A DNA stretch of 64,000 nucleotides from contig CAVUVW010000004.1 of NCBI GenBank assembly GCA_963745035.1, forward strand, positions 28,021 through 92,020, read 5' to 3'. The stretch comes from an uncultured delta proteobacterium (GTDB taxonomy: Bacteria; Desulfobacterota; Binatia; UBA9968). Each line of letters begins with the position of its first letter. The first letter of the stretch is position 1. Position numbers and translations under genes: made by a program. The notes beneath the pieces were generated by a model. It was not told where the DNA came from, searched no databases, and worked only from the letters and a program-made list of their open reading frames with translations. Positions 21,715-31,726 of this stretch are shown here, piece after piece.

Positions 21715-23145
21715 GTGATGGCTTATAAAGATCTCCGGGAGTGGCTGGATCAGGTCAACCAGTTAGGCGAGCTCAAAACCGTGGAGGGCGCGGACTGGGA
21801 TCTGGAGATCGGCGCGATCATCGAGATGGCGCGCAAGGAAGCCAAGGTCGCTCCTTGTATACTGTTCGATTCAATTAAAGGCTTCGATAAGGGTTTGCGG
21901 CTCGTGGCCGGACAGCTTAACTCGATCAAACGGGTCGCGCTCACCTGCGGCATGCCGACCGACATGGCGACCATGGATTTGGTCCGAGCCATGCGCACGA
22001 AGATCAAGGAAATGAAGCCGATTCCGCCGCGCGAGGTCAAAGAAGGGCCTTTCCTGGAGAATGTTTGGGAGGAAAAAGACGTCGACGTCATGCGTTTCCC
22101 GACGCCGCGCTACAACATCGGCGACGGCGGACGCTACATCGGCACCGGGCATCTGACGATCACCCGGGATCCGGAAGAAGGCTGGCTCAACATCGGCACT
22201 TACCGAGTGATGATTCACGATGAGAAGTCCGTCGGGCTGTATATCTCTCCGGGACGGCACGCGCGCATTCAAATGGAAAAGTATTTTGCCCAGAAGCGCC
22301 CTATGCCCGTGGCGCTCTCGTTGGGGCACGATCCGCTTCTCTTCATGGCGTCGGCCTTTGAAGTGCCGTACGGGCTCTCGGAATACGATTTCGCCGGCGG
22401 CCTCAAAGGCGCGCCGATCGAGGTGGTCAAACTGGCGCGAACGGGTCTTCAAGTGCCGGCGACCGCGGAGGTTGTCATCGAGGGCGAATGTTTGCCGGGC
22501 GATCAAAAGACCGAAGGGCCGTTCGGCGAGTGGACCGGATACTACGCGAGTCACGTCCGAGAAGAGCCCATCATCCGCATCCGCCGTATGTATTGTCGCA
22601 ACGATCCGATCATGGCGGGCGCGCCGCCGAGCCGGCCGCCGACGGAGGCAACTTTCTATAAAAGTTTTTGGCGGTCGGCCATGGTTTGGGAAGAGCTCGA
22701 GCGCGCCGGCGTGCCCGATGTCGTCGGGGTTTACTGCCCGCCTGAAGGCAATACGCGGCTGCTCACTGTAGTCGCCATCCGCCAGCGTTATCCGGGCCAC
22801 GCGCGCCAGGCGGGATTGATCGCGTCTCAATGCCACGCTGCCGCGTATCTCGGGCGTTTCACCGTTGTGGTCGACGAGGACATCGACCCAACCGACATGA
22901 AGGATGTGTGGTGGGCGATGACGACCCGCTGCGATCCGTCGGAAGACATCGAAATTCTGCGCCGCTGCTGGAGCGGGCCGTTGGATCCGATCGTTCAAAG
23001 AGGCAAAAAGGGATTCAACTCCCGAGCTGTCATCGACGCTTGTCGACCGTACGAATGGATCAAAGATTTCCCCGCTTCGGTGATCGTACCGCCGGACCTG
23101 GCGCAGCAGGTGAGACAAAAGTGGGGCAAACAAATTTTGTCGTAA
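21715..23145 (+). CDS. UbiD-family decarboxylase #2
   Basis: DLREWL, DGGRYIGT, NIGTYR, EGPFGEWTGYY, VVDEDIDP, TRCDP, IDACRP. Confidence 0.93.
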   Translation: MMAYKDLREWLDQVNQLGELKTVEGADWDLEIGAIIEMARKEAKVAPCILFDSIKGFDKGLRLVAGQLNSIKRVALTCGMPTDMATMDLVRAMRTKIKEMKPIPPREVKEGPFLENVWEEKDVDVMRFPTPRYNIGDGGRYIGTGHLTITRDPEEGWLNIGTYRVMIHDEKSVGLYISPGRHARIQMEKYFAQKRPMPVALSLGHDPLLFMASAFEVPYGLSEYDFAGGLKGAPIEVVKLARTGLQVPATAEVVIEGECLPGDQKTEGPFGEWTGYYASHVREEPIIRIRRMYCRNDPIMAGAPPSRPPTEATFYKSFWRSAMVWEELERAGVPDVVGVYCPPEGNTRLLTVVAIRQRYPGHARQAGLIASQCHAAAYLGRFTVVVDEDIDPTDMKDVWWAMTTRCDPSEDIEILRRCWSGPLDPIVQRGKKGFNSRAVIDACRPYEWIKDFPASVIVPPDLAQQVRQKWGKQILS

Positions 23146-23173
23146 GCGGCTTGAAACGTAGTTTGTTCATTTC

Positions 23174-23773
23174 ATGATTCGTTACGATTGCTTCGAATGG
23201 TTGGCGCCGCTTATGACGGACCAGCTCGTGGTCACGTCCCTCAGCGGACAAAGAGTGGAGTGGGGACATCTGTCGAAGCGTGAGGCGGACCTGAACCTCG
23301 GTTCCATGGGCAATGCATTGGCCGTAGGAATCGGCCTTGCGCTCGCGTTGCCGCATCGCAAAGTCTTCGTGTTCGAGTCGGATGGCAGCATCCTGCTCTC
23401 GCTCTTCAATCTCCCCACACTGGCGAACCTCAATCCGCCCAACATGGCCGTGTTCGTGTTCGACAATCAGGCTTACAGCGGCACGCGGATCAGCTATCCG
23501 AGCGCGACGGCGGGGAAAACGGATCTTGCGGCGGTGGCCAAAGGGTCCGGCATCGAGCATGCCGTGACCGTGTCGGAGCTGGAGGATTTCAAGAGGGAAG
23601 CTACCGGAGCGATGAACCAGACCGGCTTGCGCTTCGTCGTCTGCAAAATCGAAGAGAGCCTCGGTCACCGGAAGATCACCCGAAGCGACATCGATTTGTT
23701 GGAGACCAAGTACCGCTTCGTGCGTTATCTCGAGCGCACCGAAGGCAAAGCCATTTTCCAAGGACGGGGATAA
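23174..23773 (+). CDS. ComE-like ThDP-dependent decarboxylase beta subunit (pair 1)
   Basis: GSMG, ESDGS...FDN ThDP motif, TDLAAVAKGSGI. Confidence 0.85.
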   Translation: MIRYDCFEWLAPLMTDQLVVTSLSGQRVEWGHLSKREADLNLGSMGNALAVGIGLALALPHRKVFVFESDGSILLSLFNLPTLANLNPPNMAVFVFDNQAYSGTRISYPSATAGKTDLAAVAKGSGIEHAVTVSELEDFKREATGAMNQTGLRFVVCKIEESLGHRKITRSDIDLLETKYRFVRYLERTEGKAIFQGRG

Positions 23774-23800
23774 ACACTCGATAGTACGATTTGTAATCTT

Positions 23801-24307
23801 ATGAAAGCCGAGCTCGCCAGCAGAACCGTCGCGGGACTGAAAGCCGCGGGGATAGATTTCGTCAGCTACATGCCCGAGACGAGGTTGAGCGAAATTCTCC
23901 CGCTGATGAAGGCAGACGGGTCTTTTACTCTGGTGCCGGTGGCCAGTGAAGCCGAGGCGGTGGGTATCGCCGCGGGGGCCTCCCTGGGAGGAAAACGCTC
24001 GGCTGTATACATGGAAGGAACCGGTCTTTTCGTTTCGACTTACAACCTGCTCACGATCGGCGAGCGCTACGGCGTGCCGATGCTGTTGCTGGTGGCTTAC
24101 GTTGGAAGTTTCGAAGACCAGCGCAACTCCTATCTGTTTTCCCACTACGGCAACAAGACCAAGGGCATACTCGATACTCTTGGCATTCAATACCTGACCG
24201 TCGCTGCCGCCGACGAGCTCGAACCGCGGATCAAAGACGCGGTCAGAATGATGCACGCCCTGAAGCTGCCCGTGGCTTTGCTGTTCACGGGAGAATTCAC
24301 CGAATAG
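23801..24307 (+). CDS. ComD-like ThDP-dependent decarboxylase alpha subunit (pair 1)
   Basis: LKAAGIDFVSYMP, SEAEAVGIAAGA, PVALL; 168-aa PYR domain. Confidence 0.85.
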   Translation: MKAELASRTVAGLKAAGIDFVSYMPETRLSEILPLMKADGSFTLVPVASEAEAVGIAAGASLGGKRSAVYMEGTGLFVSTYNLLTIGERYGVPMLLLVAYVGSFEDQRNSYLFSHYGNKTKGILDTLGIQYLTVAAADELEPRIKDAVRMMHALKLPVALLFTGEFTE

Positions 24308-24333
24308 CTATCCGTTTAGAAAGGTCCATCAAA

Positions 24334-25305
24334 ATGAAATTGCGCAGCTCGATCCTGCACGCTGTTTTTCTTATCGCAGGGACTTTAAGTTTGGCCAGCG
24401 TCGAGGCGAAAACGATCTATATCGCCGTTTCCAATCCCGACATGTCGTTCTTGAGCGGCGGTGTTGCTAAGTTTCAAGGCTACTTCAAGGACGAGGGACT
24501 GGACGTCGAAGTTTTACAGATGAACGCCAACGTCTCGGTGGCGGCCCTAGCGGCGGGCAACGTCGATTACAATCTGATCCTGCAGTCTGTGGTCACGGCA
24601 AATCTGCGCGGCTTGCCGCTCAAGATCGTCGGCATTCTGATCGAACGGCCCAATCACGTCGTGGTCGTCCATCCGAGCATTCAGAAATTCGCCGATCTAA
24701 AAAATAAAAAAATTGCGATCAGCTCATTTGGCTCTCTGGTGGATATCCTGGCGCGACTCACGGCCGCCCATTTCCAGCTCGATCCGCGCAGGGAAGTGGA
24801 GTATGTCGCGGCGGGGAGCAGCTCGGCGCGCGTCGCGCAACTGCAGGCCGGCGTGGTGCAGGCGGCCTTCGTGACTCCTCCCGGCAATCTGCGGGCGGAA
24901 GCTTCGGGCTTCAAAACTTTGCTGCGGGTCCGAGACTTGTTCCCTTTTCCGGTAAACGGCATCGGCGTTACCGAGCAGAAGCTCAAGACCAACCGGGACG
25001 AAGTGAAGAAAATCGTCCGGGCGCTGCTGCGCGCCAACCGTTTTATCGTCAATAATCCAAAGGGCGCGGTTAAAATCCTCTCCGATTGGGGCAGGACCAA
25101 ACCCGAGGTAGCCGAGGACGCTTACAATGACAACGCGAAAAATTATAGCCGCAATCTGCTGGTATCGAGAGCGACTTTGGAGAACGTCATCGAGAGCACG
25201 CGTTTGAACGTGGAGTTGAAAAGAAGCGTCTCGGTCGACGAGATCTTCGACTTTAGCTTGGTCCGCGAGGTGCTTAAGGAAATGGGAGAATCGCCGAATC
25301 CATGA
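24334..25305 (+). CDS. NMT1/SsuA-type substrate-binding protein #4
   Basis: Signal peptide, GYFKDEGLDVE, DLKNKKIAISSFGS, FDFSLVREV. Confidence 0.88.
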   Translation: MKLRSSILHAVFLIAGTLSLASVEAKTIYIAVSNPDMSFLSGGVAKFQGYFKDEGLDVEVLQMNANVSVAALAAGNVDYNLILQSVVTANLRGLPLKIVGILIERPNHVVVVHPSIQKFADLKNKKIAISSFGSLVDILARLTAAHFQLDPRREVEYVAAGSSSARVAQLQAGVVQAAFVTPPGNLRAEASGFKTLLRVRDLFPFPVNGIGVTEQKLKTNRDEVKKIVRALLRANRFIVNNPKGAVKILSDWGRTKPEVAEDAYNDNAKNYSRNLLVSRATLENVIESTRLNVELKRSVSVDEIFDFSLVREVLKEMGESPNP

Positions 25306-26291
25306 ACATGCGAATGAGCAACTTGACTCAAATCATCTTTCTGGCCGTCTTTCTGCTCTGTGCTTCGACGGCGGAGCTGCCGGCGCAGGCGCGCCCCGAA
25401 AAGATCGTCTTCTCGATTCCCAGCCGGAGCATCGCTGCTATCGATCTTTACGTCGCCAAGGAGCGGGGCTTCTTTCGCGATGAAGGCCTCGACGTCGATA
25501 TCGTGCAGATCCGCGGCAATGTGGCGGTGGCGGCGGCGTTGAGCGGCCAGGTGCAGGCAACCAACGGGGTTGGAACGGTTATTCGCGCGCTGGAGCGGAG
25601 CGAGATTCCCCTCAAAGTTCTCACGGTAAGCCTCAAAAGAAATCTGTTCTGGCTTGTCGCGCGAAAAGAAATTACCTCGATTGCCCAGCTTAAAGGAAAG
25701 ATTTTGGGCACGACGACCTTCGGCGGTTCACAGCATACGGCCGCGACCCGGATCATACGAAAGGGCGGCGTCGATCCGGATAAGGATCTTACGGTGGTGG
25801 TAGGAGGAGATGTGCCGGCGCAGCTACAAAGTTTGATTAGTGGAGTTATCGACGTCGCCGCGCTTTCCCCGCCTACGGTGATCTTGGCGCGTGACAAGTT
25901 TCAAATGAATGTGCTCGGGTCGGCCATGGAAGATCTCTCGAACCTCCAGAACGGCACCGCCGTAACCGAGAAATATCTGCGCGAGAACAGAGACCTGTTG
26001 AAGCGGATTCTGCGCGCTCGCGCCAAGGCGAACCGTTATTTCTGGGAAAACGAGCGAGGCACAAGCGAAGTCCTGGCGAAATTTCAGAACGTCGATCTTG
26101 CCGTCGCGCGCGAATCTTATCGATTGGCCAAACCCGCTTTCACCGCGGATGGAATTCCTTCGCCCAAAGAGATCGACGAGTTTCTCAAGGCCGATGCCGA
26201 GCTGCTGAAATTGAAGGAACCGATCGCCGCGGCAAAGATCTTCGACTTCTCGCTGCAGCGTGAAGTGAATCAGGAGCTGGGCATGAAATAG
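25302..26291 (+). CDS. NMT1/SsuA-type substrate-binding protein #5
   Basis: Signal peptide, GFFRDEGLDV, LKGKILG, FDFSLQREV. Confidence 0.88.
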   Translation: MNMRMSNLTQIIFLAVFLLCASTAELPAQARPEKIVFSIPSRSIAAIDLYVAKERGFFRDEGLDVDIVQIRGNVAVAAALSGQVQATNGVGTVIRALERSEIPLKVLTVSLKRNLFWLVARKEITSIAQLKGKILGTTTFGGSQHTAATRIIRKGGVDPDKDLTVVVGGDVPAQLQSLISGVIDVAALSPPTVILARDKFQMNVLGSAMEDLSNLQNGTAVTEKYLRENRDLLKRILRARAKANRYFWENERGTSEVLAKFQNVDLAVARESYRLAKPAFTADGIPSPKEIDEFLKADAELLKLKEPIAAAKIFDFSLQREVNQELGMK

Positions 26292-26322
26292 TGCGCTTCT
26301 GGCGGTGACGATTCGGTGAATT

Positions 26323-26829
26323 ATGGAAGCGGAATTGGCGCAAAGACTCGTCGGCGGCCTCAAGCAAGCCGGTATCGATCTCGTGACTTACTTGCCGGAA
26401 ACCCGGCTCAGCCAGATCTTACCGCTTTTGCGCGGCGATCCATCGTTTACCTTGGTGCCCGTCGCCAGCGAATCGGAGGCGGTCACGATCGGCGCGGGCG
26501 CGGCGTTGGCGGGCAAGCAAGTCGCGATCTATATGGAATGCACTGGGCTCTATGTCTCATGCTACACGCTCGTGTCCATCGCCCGGCGCTACGGTGTCCC
26601 TTTGCTGCTGGTGGTCGCCTATCTCGGCAGTATGGCCGATCAGCGCAACAATTCGGTTTATGCCGTATCGGGAACCTACGTCGAGCCGTTGTTGGAAGCG
26701 TTGCAGATTCAATTCCAGATCATCAAGAGCGGCGAACGGCTCGAAGCTGATATCCAGGACGCGGTGCGGCACATGCATGCGCTCAAGCTGCCCGTGGCGC
26801 TGGTGTTTACCGGAGACTTCACCGAATGA
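26323..26829 (+). CDS. ComD-like alpha subunit (pair 2)
   Basis: LKQAGIDLVTYLPE, SESEAVTIGAGA; paralog of 23801. Confidence 0.85.
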   Translation: MEAELAQRLVGGLKQAGIDLVTYLPETRLSQILPLLRGDPSFTLVPVASESEAVTIGAGAALAGKQVAIYMECTGLYVSCYTLVSIARRYGVPLLLVVAYLGSMADQRNNSVYAVSGTYVEPLLEALQIQFQIIKSGERLEADIQDAVRHMHALKLPVALVFTGDFTE

Positions 26830-27425
26830 TCCGCTATGATTGCTTGAAGCTGCTGGCCCCGCGGATTACCGACCAACTCGTCGTGACTTCGCTCAGCGGG
26901 CAAAAGATCGAGTGGGCGAGTCTGTCGCAGCACCCGGGCAATCTCCTGGTCGGCACCATGGGAACGGCGCTCGGCGTGGGCATTGGCCTGGCCATCGGTT
27001 TGCCACGGCGCAAAGTCATCGTCTTGGAATCCGACGGCAGCGTGCTGCTCTCGCTGTTCAATCTGGCGACCTTGGCCAATCTCGATCCGAAGAACTTGAT
27101 CGCCTTCGTCTTCGATAACCAGGTATACAGCGGCACGCGCATCAGCGAGCCGACCGCCACAGCGGGTAAAACCGATCTGGCGATGATGGCGCGCGGAGCG
27201 GGCATCGAGCAAGCAACGACGGTGCGCGATTTGCCGACGTTTGAACAGGTAATGAACGCGGCACTCGATGGAAATCAGCTTAAATTTATCGTTTGCAAGG
27301 TCGAAGAGAGCGTTTCCCACAGGGAAATATTGCGTACGGATTTGGATCCCATCGAAAACAAATATCAGTTTGTCCGCTATCTCGAACGGAGCGAAGGCAA
27401 ACCGATCTTCCGCAGCCGCGGCTGA
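26826..27425 (+). CDS. ComE-like beta subunit (pair 2)
   Basis: GTMG, ESDGS...FDN; ATGA overlap with the alpha gene. Confidence 0.85.
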   Translation: MIRYDCLKLLAPRITDQLVVTSLSGQKIEWASLSQHPGNLLVGTMGTALGVGIGLAIGLPRRKVIVLESDGSVLLSLFNLATLANLDPKNLIAFVFDNQVYSGTRISEPTATAGKTDLAMMARGAGIEQATTVRDLPTFEQVMNAALDGNQLKFIVCKVEESVSHREILRTDLDPIENKYQFVRYLERSEGKPIFRSRG

Positions 27426-27459
27426 TCGAGCGAAGAAAGAAAGGAACCGAGGAACTTCA

Positions 27460-28218
27460 ATGAATGAGAACAATCAGGCCGGCGAGTACGTCAACGAGCA
27501 CTACCGAAAGGTCGCCGCGCGATGGCGCGCGCGGGTCACCGATTCGCCCTTCATGCAGCAATTGAGGGCCGGCACCCTCCCGATGGAGAAACTTCGGACA
27601 TTTTTCAAGAACTGGGGTTCCTACACGATTGAGATCAACACGGTGGAGGCGGCTTCGTACCACAAACATATTTCGTTCTTTCGCAAGCATCGCGATCTCA
27701 TGGCGCGCATGGCCGAAAAGCTCGCCGACGAGTTGATTCACCCCAAGCCGCCTGGGCATGTGCACGTGGTCGTGGAAACCGCCAAGGCTTTGGGCATCAC
27801 CGAAGATGAGATTTTCATGGCGCCAATGCTCGCTGAGTTTCGCGCCAAGCTCGATTTCAAGAGATCGCTTTTGTGGGAAGGGACGATGGCGGAGTTCTAC
27901 GCCGCGGGCGCGACGGAAGAACAGACAGGCTACTGGTCCGCGGATTTCTACAAGGCGCTGACCACCCATTACGGTCTCTCGCGCGAGCAGGCGGTGTACT
28001 TTTCCACCCACGAAGAAGCCGATCTCAAGGAACACGACGGCGTGATGGGCCACGGGAGTTTCCGCCGCCTGGTTCTCAAGACGCTCTTGGAGGACGGTAT
28101 GGCACAAGCGCGGCCGGGCTACACTTTGGAGTATTGCGGCTTGACCGCGGTCGACTTGCATGGCGTCTGCTTACAAGCCGCTTTCGACGCTGCCTCCAAG
28201 GATTCACGGGGAAAGTAG
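27460..28218 (+). CDS. TenA/PqqC/CADD (heme-oxygenase-like diiron) family protein
   Basis: PF...L.AG.L, ADE...PGH, ATEE, YFSTHEEADLKEH candidate diiron ligands. Confidence 0.8.
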   Translation: MNENNQAGEYVNEHYRKVAARWRARVTDSPFMQQLRAGTLPMEKLRTFFKNWGSYTIEINTVEAASYHKHISFFRKHRDLMARMAEKLADELIHPKPPGHVHVVVETAKALGITEDEIFMAPMLAEFRAKLDFKRSLLWEGTMAEFYAAGATEEQTGYWSADFYKALTTHYGLSREQAVYFSTHEEADLKEHDGVMGHGSFRRLVLKTLLEDGMAQARPGYTLEYCGLTAVDLHGVCLQAAFDAASKDSRGK

Positions 28219-28222
28219 AGAA

Positions 28223-30487
28223 GTGAAAGCACACGTCAGCCAAGCGCGTTATAAGACGGCGCGAAAAGTCATCGGCACGCCGGTGCAGCGGCTCGAAGGT
28301 CCGGAGAAAGTGTCGGGGCGAGCGACCTATGCCACCGACGTGAGCCTTCCAGGCATGCTCTGGTGCAAAGTCCTGCGCAGCCCGATCTCTTACGGGCGCA
28401 TCAAGCGGATCGACGTGAGCCGCGCGCTTGAATTGCCCGGCGTCCATGCGATCGCCACCGGCGAAGACGTGCAGGGGCTGCTGATCGGCAGAAAAATCTA
28501 CGACATGCCGATCCTCGCCGACGGCGTGGTACGCTTCATCGGCGAGAAAGTCGCCGCGGTGGCGGCGGAGAGCGAAGAGCGATCGCCGAAGAAGCGATCG
28601 AGCTGATCGATGTCGAGTACGAGGAAATGACGCCGCTGCTCGATCCACTCAAGGCGGTCCAGCCTGACGCGCCGCTACTCCATCCCAACGTGCAGGGCTA
28701 TCGCGGGCTGCTCCATCCGATCGATGCACCGACCAATGTTTTCGTGCACATGAACTGGAAAAAGGACGACGTCGAAACGGGCTTTCGCGAGTCCGATGTT
28801 ATCGTCGAGAACACGTTTACGACCAAACCGGTGCATCAAGCCTATATCGAGCCCCACGCTTGCGTTGTGCAAGCGCAAGAAAATGGCAATGGCGACATCT
28901 GGGCCTGTTCTAAAGTTCCCTTTGCGCTGCGCGAGCAAGTGGCGAACGCCTTCGGCAAAGGCCTGGAAAATTTTATCGTTCATCCGTGCTACATCGGTGG
29001 CTGCTTCGGCGGCAAGGGCGACTTCATGGACGTACCGGTTTGCTATCTGCTCTCGCTCAAGAGCGGCAGGCCGGTAAAAATGGTGATGGATTATTCCGAG
29101 GAGTTCGTCGCCGGCAATCCGCGCCACGCTGCCATCGTGCAGGTCAAAACCGGCGTCAAAAAAGACGGCCGGATTGTCGCCCATCAGATGAACTATGTCT
29201 TCGACAGCGGCGCCTACGGTGCGTTCAAGCCGCAGGGCTATTTGGTCGGTCCCAAGGAAGCCGCCGGCCCGTACAATATTCCCAACGTCTTCATCGAAGA
29301 GAAGATCGTCTACACGAACAAAATACCGTGCGGCCACATGCGCGCGCCGGGCGATCCGCAGGGCTTTTTTGCCAACGAGTCGCAGATGGACTTGATCGCG
29401 CGCCGTTTGGGCATGGACCCCGTTGCGTTCAGAAAAAAGAATCTCATGCATGACGGCGACCTCTCGCCCATCGGCCATGCGGTGCCGCATATCAAGAGCG
29501 ACGAGATTCTCGATGGCGCAGTCGAAAGCTCCGGTTATCGCCGGCCGAAGCGAAAACATACCGGCCGCGGCATCGGCGATTGCCCAGTGGCTGCCGCTCG
29601 GCGGCGAGTGCCACGCGTTCGTAAAGATCGATGAGCGAGGAGCAGTCACGGTAGCCACCGCGATGCTCGATCAGGGCGCGGGCACGCACACGGCCATGCG
29701 CCTGGTTGCGGCAGAGGAGTTGAAGATTCCGCTCGAGAAAACCGGCATTGCAACGCTCGACACCAGCGACGTCGGGCCGGACACGGGAATCGGCGCCAGC
29801 CGCGGCACGCGAATTTTCGGCAACGCCACCCGCTTGGCGGCGGCGCATGCGCGACGAGCAACTGCTTGCCGCGGCAAGCGAGGTGCTCGGAGTCGGTCAA
29901 GAAGAACTTTCGCTGTCGGGTGACGGCGAGAGTAGCGGCTTTGTCTGGACGGAGTGTGAGTTACGCCGACCTTGCGCGCAGCAATGGCTCGGCCATTCGC
30001 GGCGCTGGCTTCTACAAGAATTTCGAGTCGGGGCCCGAAGCGGCGCTCTGCGTGCAGGTGGCCGAAGTGGATGTCGATCCGGAAACCGGCCAGGTGAAGC
30101 TTAGCCATTTCACCAGCGCGCACAGCACCGGCACCGTGTTGAATCCGCTCATGCATCAAGGCCAGATCGACGGCGGCGTCGTGATGGGTATGGGATACGC
30201 GCTGATGGAAGGCGTGATGATCGACGGCGGCAGTGTGGTCACGACCAACTTCGGCGAAAACAAGATTCCCGTCGATTTGCGACATTCCACCTTTGAAAAC
30301 CGTGATTCAAGAATTCCCCGTGGGCAACGGTCCCTACGGCGGCATGAGCATCGGCGAGCCGCCGGTCGTTCCTACGGCTGCCGCGATCGCCAACGCCGTG
30401 CAAGATGCCGTCGGGGCGCGGATTTACGATTTGCCGATCACGGCGGAGAAGGTGCTGCGCGCGCTCGGCAGCGAGAAGACGCGGTAG
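28223..30487 (+). CDS. Xanthine dehydrogenase-family molybdopterin-binding large subunit, multiply frameshifted
   Basis: KVSGRATY, AYIEPH, GGCFGGKG, MRAPG, DQGAG, QGQIDGG, GPYG...IGEP. Confidence 0.88.
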
Positions 30488-30588
30488 TAATGGAGTATTG
30501 GGAGCTCTCGATATCGATGGACCTAATCGTTGGCTCGGCATCCCCGTTGCGACGGATTATTTTACCTGCTAATTCAATTGGACCAACT

Positions 30589-31097
30589 ATGAAAGACGAA
30601 CTGGCGAAACGATTGGTTCAAGGCCTGAAAGACGCCGGCATCGATTTCGTCACCTATTTGCCGGAGACGCGCTTGAGCCAGATCTTGCCGTTGATCCGCG
30701 ACGATCCGGAAATGGAGTTGATCGCGGCAGCGAACGAGCAGGAGGCGGTGACGATCGCCGCGGGCGCGACCCTTGGCGGCAAGCAGGCGGCCGTTTACAT
30801 GGAAAACACCGGCATCTACGTATCGAGCTACAGCTTGCTGACCGATCGGCAAGCAACTCGGCGTGCCGATCCTGCTCGTGGTCGGCTATCTGGGCGGCGT
30901 GCCCGACCTGCGCAACAGCTTTCTTTACGCCACCATCGGCAAGCACACGATTCCCACCCTCGACGGGCTGGGCATCGAATACATGCTTCTCAAACGACGG
31001 CGACAAGCTCGAAATCAAGATCGGCGACGCGATGCGGGCGGCCAATGCGCTGCGCGCGCCCTACGCGCTGCTGTTCGCCGGGGAGTTTTCCGAATGA
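30589..31097 (+). CDS. ComD-like alpha subunit (pair 3), frameshifted
   Basis: LKDAGIDFVTYLPETRL, NEQEAVTIAAGA, MENTG. Confidence 0.8.
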
Positions 31098-31703
31098 TCC
31101 GCTCACGAATGTCTTCGAATGGCTCGCCGGGCAAGATGAGCAGATCAATTGGTCGTCACTTCGCAGAGCGGCCAGCGCATCGAATGGTCGCACTTGTCGA
31201 AGCACGAAGGCAATTTGCTGGTCGGCATGATGGGCTGCGCCATCGGCGTGGCGACCGGATTGGCTTTGGCTTTGCCGCACCGCAAGGTGATCGCGCTCGA
31301 CTCCGACGGCAGCGTGCTGCTGTCGCTGTTCAATCTCGCCGACCTTGGGCAATTTGCGTCCGAAAAATCTGGTCGTTTACGTCTTCGACAACGGCGTTTA
31401 CAGCGGCAGCCGCATCAGTTATCCGACGGCGACCGCCGGCAACACGGATCTGGCCGCGATGGCGCGCGGCGCGGGCATCGCCAATGCGCACACGATCGAC
31501 GACGTCGAAGATTTCAAGAACAAAGGCGATGCGCGGCGCTGGCGCGCGACGAGCTGGCTTTCTTTGTCTGCAAAGTCGAAGAGAGCTTGCTGCACCGGGA
31601 GATTCCCCGGCCCAACACCGATCTCGCCGAAAACAAATATACTTTTGTGCGGTATCTGGAGCGCACGGAAGAAAAAACGATGCCGTTCGTCGGGCGCGGC
31701 TAA
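31094..31703 (+). CDS. ComE-like beta subunit (pair 3), frameshifted
   Basis: GMMG, DSDGS, FDNGVYSG, ENKYTFVRYLERTE. Confidence 0.8.
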
Positions 31704-31726
31704 CGTAAGATCTCAGGAGAAACAAA

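Noticed and set aside
21871-23133. Long antisense ORFs (also 16982..18079, 23060..24256, 60034..60984)
   Set aside because: Shadow ORFs of high-GC genes, with no domain motifs
23174-27425. Coenzyme M or phosphonate biosynthesis cluster
   Set aside because: No comA/comB/comC or PEP mutase; context is catabolic and the motifs diverge
29866-31230. Apparent Mo-hydroxylase/ComD fusion ORF
   Set aside because: Frameshift read-through; the Mo gene ends at 30487 and ComD starts at 30589
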